NCBI GenBank assembly: GCA_963704755.1
Contig: OY969938.1
Span: 2,850,001-2,882,000, forward strand
Reading direction: 5' to 3'
From: an uncultured Chloroflexia bacterium
GTDB lineage: Bacteria > Chloroflexota > Anaerolineae > Anaerolineales > Anaerolineaceae
Length of the DNA: 32,000 nt
In this document: piece after piece, positions 16,502-24,409 of the stretch
Position numbering within the stretch: position 1 is the first letter of the stretch
How the letters are laid out: every line of letters starts with the position of its first letter
Notes under the pieces: generated by a model
Told to the model about the DNA's origin: nothing
The model's input: the letters and a program-made list of their open reading frames with translations, nothing else
Databases searched by the model: none
Program-made: the position numbers and the translations under genes

Positions 16502-17203
16502 ATGGAAGAAAATTACCGTATCTTACTGATCGAAGACAATTCCGCCGTGGCGCGCAGCCTGTTGGACGGCCTGGAGCGCGAAGGTTTCGAGACCGTCTGG
16601 AAGCCCACCGGCCACGAGGGCCTGGAGGCCGCAGCGACCGGGCGGGTCCACCTGGTGTTGTTAGACGTGCGCTTGCCGGACGGCTCCGGATTCGACGTGT
16701 GCCGCGAGCTGCGCCTGCGCGGAATGCACCAGCCGGTTATTATTTTGACCGTGCAGCAGGACGAGATCGACAAGGTGCTTGGGTTGGAGATCGGCGCGGA
16801 CGATTACGTGACCAAGCCCTTCGGTTTGCGTGAGCTGCTCTCGCGCATCCGTGCCCAGTTGCGCCGGGCCTACGGCGAGTTTGCCGGGGCCGGCAGCCAG
16901 GTCACCCTGGTCGGCGACCTGGTGGTGGACTATACCCGCAGCCAGGTACTGCGCGACGACCGCCCGATCAACCTCAGCCCGACCGAGTTCCGCCTGTTCA
17001 CCTTCCTGGTCCGCGAGCGCGGGCGGGCAGTGACCCGCAGCCAGATCATCGAAGCCGTGTGGGGCTATGCCGCTGATCTGGAGAGCGAGCGGGCCGTCAA
17101 CGTGCACATCCGCCGCCTGCGCGAGAAAGTCGAGCCAGACCCGGCCTCCCCGACCCTGATTTTGACGGTGCCGGGAGTCGGCTATCGCCTGGCCGGCCGC
17201 TAG
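16502..17203 (+). CDS. OmpR/PhoB-family response regulator
   Basis: Receiver domain (LLIEDN...LVLLDVRLPDGSG...KP). Winged-helix output domain (LSPTEFRLFTFL...VPGVGYRL). Confidence 0.9.
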   Translation: MEENYRILLIEDNSAVARSLLDGLEREGFETVWKPTGHEGLEAAATGRVHLVLLDVRLPDGSGFDVCRELRLRGMHQPVIILTVQQDEIDKVLGLEIGADDYVTKPFGLRELLSRIRAQLRRAYGEFAGAGSQVTLVGDLVVDYTRSQVLRDDRPINLSPTEFRLFTFLVRERGRAVTRSQIIEAVWGYAADLESERAVNVHIRRLREKVEPDPASPTLILTVPGVGYRLAGR

Positions 17204-17219
17204 GGGGAAAGGCTGCGCT

Positions 17220-17247
17220 TAGCGGTTAGCTTTTAGCGGTTAGCCTA
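17220..17247 (+). repeat. TAGCNNN heptamer array (4 units), 17 nt after the response-regulator stop
   Basis: TAGCGGT TAGCTTT TAGCGGT TAGCCTA. TAG at 17220, 17227, 17234 and 17241. Confidence 0.65.
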
Positions 17248-17256
17248 CGGGTCGTG

Positions 17257-17448
17257 AGCCACTCTCTCGTTTCTGGGAGAGGGGTTGGGGTGAGGGCGAA
17301 GCTCTGGGCTTTCACGGCGCCGGCCGGGAAAGAGCCCTAATCTACCGTTTGGTGATATTTGCGAACGGTGGGTTACGGGCAGGGCCGGGACCTCGCGCCG
17401 GCTTGTGATACACCGGCGTGATCAATGGGCCCTCCACCCACCTTACAG
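17257..17448 (+). repeat. R-family repeat copy R4 (~190 bp)
   Basis: Head agccactctctcgtttctgggagaggggttggggtgagggcga (left stem arm decayed) ... ggtgggttacgggca ... tail cccaccttacag. Collinear with R5 over its whole length. Confidence 0.7.
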
Positions 17449-17500
17449 TTGGCCGGGGATTAAGGGGGTGACAAACCTTGTGGCAGGTGCTTTCTGACTT

Positions 17501-17543
17501 AAAGATGTAGCCCGGCTTTCTAAGCCGGGGGGTAGCTGAGGCT
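17501..17543 (+). repeat. S-family repeat copy S2
   Basis: aaagatgtagcccggctttctaagccggggggtagctgaggct. Hairpin cccggctt/aagccggg. Confidence 0.6.
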
Positions 17544-17620
17544 ATAGGGGAGGAATCGGCTCAGACCCAGTCCATAAAGGGTCGAAAGTAGGTGAAATCA
17601 CATCCCGGATCGCCTTTCTA

Positions 17621-17812
17621 AGCCCCTCTCCCGCTTCTGGGAGAGGGGTTGGGGTGAGGGCGAAGCCCTGGGCTATCACGGCGCCGGCCGGGAAAGAGCC
17701 CTAATCCACCGTTTGGTGGTATTGGGAATGGTGGGTTACGGGCAAGGTTGGGGATGTCAAGCCGGCCGGTGATCCGCCGGCGCTATCGACGAGCCCTGCA
17801 CCCACCCTACAG
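17621..17812 (+). repeat. R-family repeat copy R5 (~190 bp)
   Basis: Head agcccctctcccgcttctgggagaggggttggggtgagggcga. Tail gcacccaccctacag, running directly into the heptamer array. Confidence 0.7.
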
Positions 17813-17844
17813 GCTAACAGCTAACAGCTAACAGCTACCCGCTA
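17807..17844 (-). repeat. TAGCNNN heptamer array (6 TAGs, minus-strand sense) starting at the comEC stop codon
   Basis: Minus-strand reading: TAGCGGG, TAGCTGT x3, TAGCCTG, TAGG. The first TAG (17842-17844) is the comEC stop. Confidence 0.7.
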
Positions 17845-20124
17845 CCGCTGGCCGGCAATGATCCACATTTGTCCCCCATCGCTGACTACCTCGATACGCC
17901 CGAGCGCGGCGGTCGATAGCCAGTTCTGCGGCAGCGCCTGGGCGGGCTGCCCGCTGACCAGCACGGCCAGGGGGCGCATGCGCTGCCAATCCACGAGGGC
18001 CCTCTCCCGGAGCTGATCGGCATCCAGGACCAGTATGCAGCCGTCCGCTTTGACTGCGCCAGGCGGCAGGTCGCCTGGCCAGACCAGGCACAGGTTGCCA
18101 TAATCCAGGCGATAGGCGGCCAGCGATTTGCCGGAGCCGATCACCCGCACCTTCACCCCCTCGTCCACCTGCAAGGCGTCGCCGGGGGCCAGCGCCAGCG
18201 GAAGCGCACCCAGCCGGCCGGCAGCTTCCTGTAACCGCTCGGCCGCGGCTTTGTCCGGTGGGGGTAAGGCCCAAAAAACCTGGTCGGCCGGGGTGCGTTC
18301 GATCAGCCCGGCCAGGCTTTGCAGGTCATCGGCGGAAGTACTGGTGATCAGCAAACCATCCAGGCGGCGATCGACCAGGCTCATCTCGCGGCCCAGGGCG
18401 GAAGAAAGGGCATTGGCTCCGCCGGCCCCACCCAGCAGGAGTTGGTTGCCGCCCGGGGTGGTCAACAGCGCGGCCGGCGAGCCGGCCAGATCGAACAGGG
18501 CCAGGTGCAGGCGTCCATCCGGGCGGTGCAAAGCCACGTTCCAGGCCAATAAAGTGACCAACCCCAGGCCGGTCAGCACCGCAGCCGGTTTGATGCGGCT
18601 GCTCACGGCCGCCAGCCAGGATTTGGCCGTCATCAGGCCGCCCAAAACCAGGTAATAGCCGGCGGCGAACCAGCCACTGACCGTGCCGATACTCACTGCC
18701 CCACCGGGAATACGGGCGCACCATTCCACCGCGCGGATGGTATAGGCGGTCAATGGCCAGGACAGCGCCTGGCCCAGTGTGGTCGAAAAAGACCCTACCA
18801 GCAGGGCGGCCCCGCCCAATTCCATCACCAGCGGCTGGACGGGCAGCACCAACGGGTTGGCGAGCAGCATGCTGAAGGAAAGCCGGCCAAAATGGACCAG
18901 CGTGACCGGCAGGGTGGTCACCTGGGCGGCCAGGGTAAACAGGACGTTTTCACCCACCGGCCCGGCCAGCCGGTGGGCTGCCTTGGGTGAGAGCCAGTGG
19001 GCCGCCAGGCGCTCGAAGCCGGATTGCAGCGGATCGGCAAACCAGACCAGGCCCAGGGTGGCGGTGAACGAAAGCTGGAAGCTGACGTCCCACAGCAGCC
19101 AGGGATTGAAGATGCACATCAGCATGGCGCTGCCGGCCAGGGGCGTCGTCCCGGCCGAGGATCTCCCGATCAGGCGCCCAAAGACGGCCAGCCCGCTCAT
19201 AATAGCGGCTCGCACCACGGCCGGGTTGGCCCCCACCAGCACTGTGTAGGTAGCAATGGCCAAAACGGCCAGCAAGGCCGTCCAGCCGCGCGGGAAAAAA
19301 CGGCCGAAGAAGCCTACAAAAAGCGCGCACAACACGCTCATGTTGAATCCGGAAATGGCGATGATGTGGGCCGTACCGGTATCCTGGAAGGCTTTCTCCA
19401 GGCTCTCCGGCAAATCATTTTCCAGCCCAAGCAGGATGCCGGAGAGCAAACCGGCCTCAGGTTGGGGCAGCATGGTCGTGATGCGCCGGTACGCGGCCTG
19501 GCGCAGCCCATAAATGGCGGCCATGACCCGGCTGCCGGACGTGCCTTCCAGCCGGTGGGTGGAGGGATATAACAGGTAGGTGTAAACCCCATGCTGGGCC
19601 AGGTAATCCTGGTAGGAAAAATCTTCGCCGGAAGGTGGGGTCACCGGTTTGCCCCACAGGCGGATGCGCTGGCCGTACTGCCAGTTACCGCCGGGGGAAA
19701 GGCGCACCAGCGCCACCCCTTCGACCGGGATCACCCGCCCGGTGCTTTCCAGGGTGATCGATTCGACCCGGACTCGCAGTTGCACAGCGTTTTCGCGCCG
19801 GTCCGGGTCGGCGGCGATCCAGCCGATCAGCTCGGCCTGTCCGGAATCGTTGTAATAGGCCAGGTCGGATGGGCCCCAATTTGGCTGGGCATGCTGCCAG
19901 CACAGTGCCCCTGCGAACAGTGCCGCCAGCAATACCCCCACCGCCAGCGGAATTTTAGCCCTCAGGATCCGGTAGCGGGCAAAACGGCCGGCCCAGAATC
20001 GTTCGCCCAACGCCAGGGCCAGGCTCAACCCGGCCAGCAGCAGCCAGGCGGACAGCGGCAGGCGCGTGAATGCCCCCAGCCCGATCCCTGCCAGGAAGGC
20101 CAGCGAAAACCACAGCAGCGGCAC
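17842..20124 (-). CDS. comEC: DNA internalisation competence protein ComEC/Rec2
   Basis: 760 aa. N-terminal DUF4131-like TM/OB region, polytopic competence domain (HIIAISGFNMSVL...), C-terminal metallo-beta-lactamase-like region. Confidence 0.85.
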   Translation of the reverse strand: MPLLWFSLAFLAGIGLGAFTRLPLSAWLLLAGLSLALALGERFWAGRFARYRILRAKIPLAVGVLLAALFAGALCWQHAQPNWGPSDLAYYNDSGQAELIGWIAADPDRRENAVQLRVRVESITLESTGRVIPVEGVALVRLSPGGNWQYGQRIRLWGKPVTPPSGEDFSYQDYLAQHGVYTYLLYPSTHRLEGTSGSRVMAAIYGLRQAAYRRITTMLPQPEAGLLSGILLGLENDLPESLEKAFQDTGTAHIIAISGFNMSVLCALFVGFFGRFFPRGWTALLAVLAIATYTVLVGANPAVVRAAIMSGLAVFGRLIGRSSAGTTPLAGSAMLMCIFNPWLLWDVSFQLSFTATLGLVWFADPLQSGFERLAAHWLSPKAAHRLAGPVGENVLFTLAAQVTTLPVTLVHFGRLSFSMLLANPLVLPVQPLVMELGGAALLVGSFSTTLGQALSWPLTAYTIRAVEWCARIPGGAVSIGTVSGWFAAGYYLVLGGLMTAKSWLAAVSSRIKPAAVLTGLGLVTLLAWNVALHRPDGRLHLALFDLAGSPAALLTTPGGNQLLLGGAGGANALSSALGREMSLVDRRLDGLLITSTSADDLQSLAGLIERTPADQVFWALPPPDKAAAERLQEAAGRLGALPLALAPGDALQVDEGVKVRVIGSGKSLAAYRLDYGNLCLVWPGDLPPGAVKADGCILVLDADQLRERALVDWQRMRPLAVLVSGQPAQALPQNWLSTAALGRIEVVSDGGQMWIIAGQR

Positions 20125-20127
20125 GGG

Positions 20128-20733
20128 TTATCCCGGGTGGCGCAGACGGGGCAGGAACGCCGGGGTGCGGCGGCGGTAATCAGCGTAAGCCCGGCCGAAC
20201 TCGTCCATTAACTTTTCCTCCTCGAAGTGAGATCCGATGATGAAATAGGCCATAACCCCCAGGTTGAAGGCCAGCCCGTTCCAGGTCAGGGTTGGGCCGA
20301 GCCACAGAAAGAACAGCGTGCCGGTATAAAGCGGATGGCGCATCCAGCGGTACAGGCCGTTGGTCACCAACACCGGCTTGCGCTGCCCGGACTGGGGATC
20401 CAGCAGCGCGTCCAGGCCAAGGAAGCGCATCGCCCCGGTCTGCAAGACGCCGTAGATGACGATCACCACCCCGGCCAGTTGTAAGCCATATGCCAGATAC
20501 TGCCAGGGAGCAGGTATGCGATAGATGGCCCGGTCTGGCAGCAAAACCAGCAGAGCCAGGGAGGGGAGAAAGGTCAATCCGCCCTGGATGGAGAAAAACA
20601 GGCGGTAGTAGCGGCTGCCCTGGGGCCCCAACCGGCTCGCCACAGCCTGTTTGACCAGCCGTGAGGCCAACAGCGAATGGAGGGCTCCATACAGGACCAG
20701 GGATAACAGAATCCACCAGAAACCAGGCGTCAA
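20128..20733 (-). CDS. Isoprenylcysteine carboxyl methyltransferase (ICMT)/NnrU-like membrane methyltransferase
   Basis: GLYRWMRHPLYTGTLFFLWLGP...EEEKLMDEFGRAYADYRRRTP. TTG start with AGGAGG 6 nt upstream. Ends 3 nt before the comEC start. Confidence 0.75.
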   Translation of the reverse strand: MTPGFWWILLSLVLYGALHSLLASRLVKQAVASRLGPQGSRYYRLFFSIQGGLTFLPSLALLVLLPDRAIYRIPAPWQYLAYGLQLAGVVIVIYGVLQTGAMRFLGLDALLDPQSGQRKPVLVTNGLYRWMRHPLYTGTLFFLWLGPTLTWNGLAFNLGVMAYFIIGSHFEEEKLMDEFGRAYADYRRRTPAFLPRLRHPG

Positions 20734-20893
20734 TTGATTCCTCCTGGTAGTAATTTTACACGGTCTGGTGAAAAAGAAGCCCGTAGAATAGGGGGAAGAT
20801 AGCGTATATTTTTTTAAACGAGCCGGTTGGGCTCAAGGTTCGTTGGGAGCCTGGTGTGGATGCCGGTGGTGGATAAACTGCGTGTTTTCGGTT

Positions 20894-22693
20894 ATGATAA
20901 ACAACGTGCGAAAAGCTGAATTTCCCTTCCTGGCCGATTGGGTCGCCATTTCGCTGCGATGGCTGGGACTGGTTACTGTCCTGCTCATCGAGTTTAAGCA
21001 GCCTGAGCCAGATATCGGTGTGTTGGTCGTCACCGTATTGCTGGTCATATGGAATCTGGCGCTCAGCTTCCTGGCGCTTTCCAACCAGCGCTTGGGCGGG
21101 CATCGTTGGATCAATGTGGTCGTGGACGCTTCGGCTTCGCTGCTGTTTTTTATCTTTAGCGGCGGCCTGGCCGGGCCGATGGCCGGCGTGGGTGTGCTGG
21201 CGCTGGCTTCAGCAGCCATGTATTACGAATGGCGCGGAGCTATCATCGTCACCGCGCTGGTGACCCTGGTCGAGACCGGCGTCATGGCCTGGTTCAATTC
21301 GTCTGGCACTTTCCAGGCCTTGATTTGGCCGCTGCTGACCCTGGTGGTGCTCAACGTCGGCCTGGGTGCGTTGCTGGGATATTTGGGCCTGCGCACGATG
21401 CGCGAATTGCGGAAACGTTACCAGGCACAACTCTCCTCACGCCGGCAGGGAGAGCAACGGGCCCAATTGGAAGAGCGCAACCGCCTGCAAACCCTGTATG
21501 CCATGGTCGAAACCCTCAGCGCTACCGTCGATTACCGCCGGGTGCTGGAAAGCACCCTGGATATTTGCGTCAACGCGGTCGGCGAGAAGGCCGAGTCGAG
21601 TGAGATGGTCGCAGCCGTGCTGTTGTTTGCCGAGGAGGGGGCTTTACAGGTCGGTTCAGCGCGCGGTTTTACGGCCACCGACTTGCGGCGCTCTTTTCCT
21701 GCCGAGAACGGCCTCCTGGCCGAAACGCTCCAGACCGGGGAACCCCGCCAGACCAGCGATCCCAGCACGGATGCGGAACTGGCGCAGACCTATGCCATCC
21801 AAAACTCGCAGTCCGTCCTGTGTATTCCCTTGATCCGCGGGTTGAACGCTTTTGGGGTGATGCTGTTTGCTTACCCCGAAGCCGGGTTTTTCACCAGTGC
21901 CCGCCAGGACGTGTTGGAAATGATCGCCCACCAGGCCGTCATCGCCATTCAAAACGCGCGCCTTTTCCAGGAAGTGGAACTGGAGAAAAATCGCATTGTC
22001 GAATCGCAGGAGGAGACCCGCAAGAAATTGGCCCGTGACCTGCACGACGGGCCGACTCAGTCGGTCACCTCGATCGCCCTGCAGGTGCACATCGCTCGCA
22101 AGATGCTCGAAGCGAACCCCAAGGCAGCCTCCAACGAGTTGAGCCGGATCGAAGAAATGGCCCAGCGCACCATCCAGGAAATCCGTCACATGCTGTTTAC
22201 CCTGCGGCCTCTGGCGCTCGAATCGGATGGATTAATCCCTGCACTGCAACAAATGTCTGATAAAATGAGGGATACCTTCGACCAAAATGTGATCCTGGAT
22301 ATCCATTCCGAAGTCGTCAACCGGATGGACTTGAGTAAGCAGACCGTGGCCTTTTACATTGTGGAAGAGGCGGTTAACAATGCGCGCAAACACGCCCAGG
22401 CCAGCGAGATTTTGGCCCGGCTGCGCTATGTTGGCTCGGACCACGACCTGGCCCTGCTCGAGGTCATCGATGACGGTAAAGGGTTCGACTTGGCCGATGT
22501 GACGTCTTCTTATGATAAACGCGGCAGCCTGGGGATGATCAACCTGCGCGAACGCGCCGAACTGATCAATTCTGTGCTGCATATCGATACGGCCCCCGGT
22601 AAAGGGACACAGGTGCAGGTGGTCATCCCGCTCACCGAGGATGCCATCGACCGCTTGCAGCGTGGCCTGGTCGCCGTCGATCCCAACGAATAA
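20894..22693 (+). CDS. Membrane sensor histidine kinase, GAF + HisKA_3 + HATPase_c (NarL/DegS-type)
   Basis: Multiple N-terminal TM helices, a GAF-like middle domain, H-box LARDLHDGPTQSV, N-box EEAVNNARKHA, and G-boxes DDGKGFD / GSLGMINLRERA. Start uncertain: the ORF opens at TTG 20843 and ATG 20894 is chosen here. Confidence 0.85.
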   Translation: MINNVRKAEFPFLADWVAISLRWLGLVTVLLIEFKQPEPDIGVLVVTVLLVIWNLALSFLALSNQRLGGHRWINVVVDASASLLFFIFSGGLAGPMAGVGVLALASAAMYYEWRGAIIVTALVTLVETGVMAWFNSSGTFQALIWPLLTLVVLNVGLGALLGYLGLRTMRELRKRYQAQLSSRRQGEQRAQLEERNRLQTLYAMVETLSATVDYRRVLESTLDICVNAVGEKAESSEMVAAVLLFAEEGALQVGSARGFTATDLRRSFPAENGLLAETLQTGEPRQTSDPSTDAELAQTYAIQNSQSVLCIPLIRGLNAFGVMLFAYPEAGFFTSARQDVLEMIAHQAVIAIQNARLFQEVELEKNRIVESQEETRKKLARDLHDGPTQSVTSIALQVHIARKMLEANPKAASNELSRIEEMAQRTIQEIRHMLFTLRPLALESDGLIPALQQMSDKMRDTFDQNVILDIHSEVVNRMDLSKQTVAFYIVEEAVNNARKHAQASEILARLRYVGSDHDLALLEVIDDGKGFDLADVTSSYDKRGSLGMINLRERAELINSVLHIDTAPGKGTQVQVVIPLTEDAIDRLQRGLVAVDPNE

Positions 22694-22707
22694 ACAATTT
22701 ACCCAAA

Positions 22708-23535
22708 ATGCCAAAAGCAGCCGGAATTTATTACTCCCTTTTTTCCAAAGGCAGTCACGAGCAAAAGCCCGTGGTTTTGATCCATGGGGCGGGCAGTTCA
22801 CGCCTGAGCTGGCCGGCTGAGCTGCGCCGGATTTCCGGCCATACGGTATATGCGCTCGACCTGCCTGGCCATGGGGCTTCGGCCGGGGTAGGCTACCAAT
22901 CGGTGGCCGGCTACTGTGAGGCTTTGATCGCGTTTATGGCCGAGTTGGGCATGTACCAGGCCATTTTTACCGGGCATTCGCTGGGCGGAGCCATTGCCCT
23001 GAACCTGGCCATCGATTTTCCCCAGCATGTTGCCGGCCTGGCCCTGATCTCCAGCGGAGCCTTTTTTAATCTGCCTCCCAACCTGCTGGACTATCTCAGC
23101 AATCCGGCCAGCGCTTCGGCAGCCCTTCAGACGATCCACGCGTTATCCCTCTCGCCGCAGACCAGCCCGGCGCTGGCAGCGCGCTCGCTGGAGGCGCTTA
23201 AATCTACCCGGCCGAGTATCCTGTACAACGACTGGACTGCCTGTGCCCAGTTCGACTTGCGCAACCGGATGACCGAAATCAGTGTGCCGGTCTATATCGC
23301 CTGCGGTCGCGAGGACCGCTTTGTGCCGCCATCCCAATCCCGCTACCTGGCCGAGAACATCCCGGAAGCGCATCTGGATACCCTCTCCGGAGCCGGCCAC
23401 CTGGTGATGCTGGAGCAGCCGGCCGCGATCGCCAGCGGGTTCAGCGCTTACCTGGAAAAAATCGAGCACTGGAGCAGCGACTACTCGCTCCCGCTTGCGG
23501 CCAAAAAGGAACACCAGGCCAAAAACTCCGGCTAA
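22708..23535 (+). CDS. Alpha/beta-fold hydrolase
   Basis: VLIHGAGSS, nucleophile elbow GHSLGG, C-terminal GAGHLVMLEQP. Confidence 0.8.
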   Translation: MPKAAGIYYSLFSKGSHEQKPVVLIHGAGSSRLSWPAELRRISGHTVYALDLPGHGASAGVGYQSVAGYCEALIAFMAELGMYQAIFTGHSLGGAIALNLAIDFPQHVAGLALISSGAFFNLPPNLLDYLSNPASASAALQTIHALSLSPQTSPALAARSLEALKSTRPSILYNDWTACAQFDLRNRMTEISVPVYIACGREDRFVPPSQSRYLAENIPEAHLDTLSGAGHLVMLEQPAAIASGFSAYLEKIEHWSSDYSLPLAAKKEHQAKNSG

Positions 23536-23554
23536 AAATACGGCTCTTTCCCAG

Positions 23555-23605
23555 AATACAACCAGAGGTTGCCCCAAATCATTTTGGGCAACCTCTGGTT
23601 GTATT
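23555..23605. terminator. Long hairpin between convergent genes (candidate bidirectional terminator)
   Basis: aatacaaccagaggttgcccc-aaa / tttgggcaacctctggttgtatt with a one-base bulge. Followed by a second hairpin gccgggaagg / ccttccggc at 23611-23637. No E-type termini. Confidence 0.5.
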
Positions 23606-23651
23606 TAGAAGCCGGGAAGGGGATAACCTTCCGGCTTATCCGGTCGACGGG

Positions 23652-23936
23652 CTATTTTTCCGGGGTAATTTCGTTGTTGATCACCCCGACGGGCTGTTCT
23701 TCGGTTACACCAACAGGCTCGTCTGGGTTGATTTCGTTATTCACCCGGCCAATTTCCGGCTCGAGGTTTTCTTTCAGTGAGTGTTCTTCGGGATCAATCT
23801 CATTGTTGAGTAATCCTCGCTCGTGCTGGATGGGCTTTGTATCCCCAACAAGGCGCGGGTGCAGTTCGTTATTGATCCGTCCAATCGGTTTTTGACTCTT
23901 TTCCTTGTACTCTTCCATTAAGGTTTTGTCGATCAT
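23652..23936 (-). CDS. Small (94-aa) acidic protein with four G-x-[ILV]-N-N-E-[IL]-x-P repeats, unknown family
   Basis: ATG 23936 with AAGGAG 7 nt upstream. Repeats PIGRINNELHP, RGLLNNEIDP, EIGRVNNEINP and PVGVINNEITP. Confidence 0.55.
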   Translation of the reverse strand: MIDKTLMEEYKEKSQKPIGRINNELHPRLVGDTKPIQHERGLLNNEIDPEEHSLKENLEPEIGRVNNEINPDEPVGVTEEQPVGVINNEITPEK

Positions 23937-24186
23937 TATCGAACTCCTTTCTGCTGCGCTACCAATTGGCCGGACAACCTGGATAATCAGGTAAACGCAA
24001 AATCGCCCAGTTTCTATGGGCTTGAGCGGTAGCACGGCAAAATCGGCCGGGTGTTCTAGTTTTGGTTTAGCACCGACTGGCAGGTGCTGCTGTCCAATCC
24101 AATTCGTAGCCTAAGTGCACCTGGCTTTCGTTTGCCCTTCAGGCTTTTGGGAAAGCCGTGCACAACTTTTCTTTGGTTATGATTTC

Positions 24187-24195
24187 AGTATACCA
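24187..24195 (-). promoter_or_regulatory. Candidate extended -10 promoter (TGgTATACT) upstream of the repeat-protein gene
   Basis: The minus strand reads catGGTATACT, with TG one base upstream of TATACT. It would give a ~240-nt leader. The palindrome tgttaat-tattt-attaaca (24202-24220) overlaps the -35 position. Confidence 0.3.
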
Positions 24196-24409
24196 TGGGT
24201 TTGTTAATTATTTATTAACATACTCTAAGATATCGCATTTAGCCGGCATACACGCTTACCAGCCATTCTGGGAGAGACAAGGCGTTGACTGCTGGTTGTC
24301 GCTGATTTGAAATGAGGTATAGAATGCCACCTGGTGCTCTTCTTCCGGCGGAGAGGCGGCCGGTGGGCAGGTTTTGAAACGAAGCGTAATCCTGGCTTGA
24401 AAAGCTATA

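Noticed and set aside
23569-23895. 108-aa plus-strand ORF overlapping the NNE-repeat gene.
   Set aside because: It starts inside the terminator hairpin and has no RBS. Its periodicity merely mirrors the repeats of the minus-strand gene, which has a strong RBS.
23937-24180. A c-di-GMP-I (GEMM)-like riboswitch in the leader of the NNE-repeat gene, suggested by GGGCAAAC...CGAAAG.
   Set aside because: Only a short motif matches. The downstream ACGCAAAGCC-type element and the two-helix architecture are not present. It cannot be supported without a covariance-model search.
24285-24335. Plus-strand promoter-like TTGTCG-18 nt-TAGAAT that would drive an RNA antisense to the 3-prime end of rpoD.
   Set aside because: The -35 box is weak, the spacing is non-optimal and there is no downstream plus-strand feature. 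It is indistinguishable from a chance match in an AT-rich spacer.
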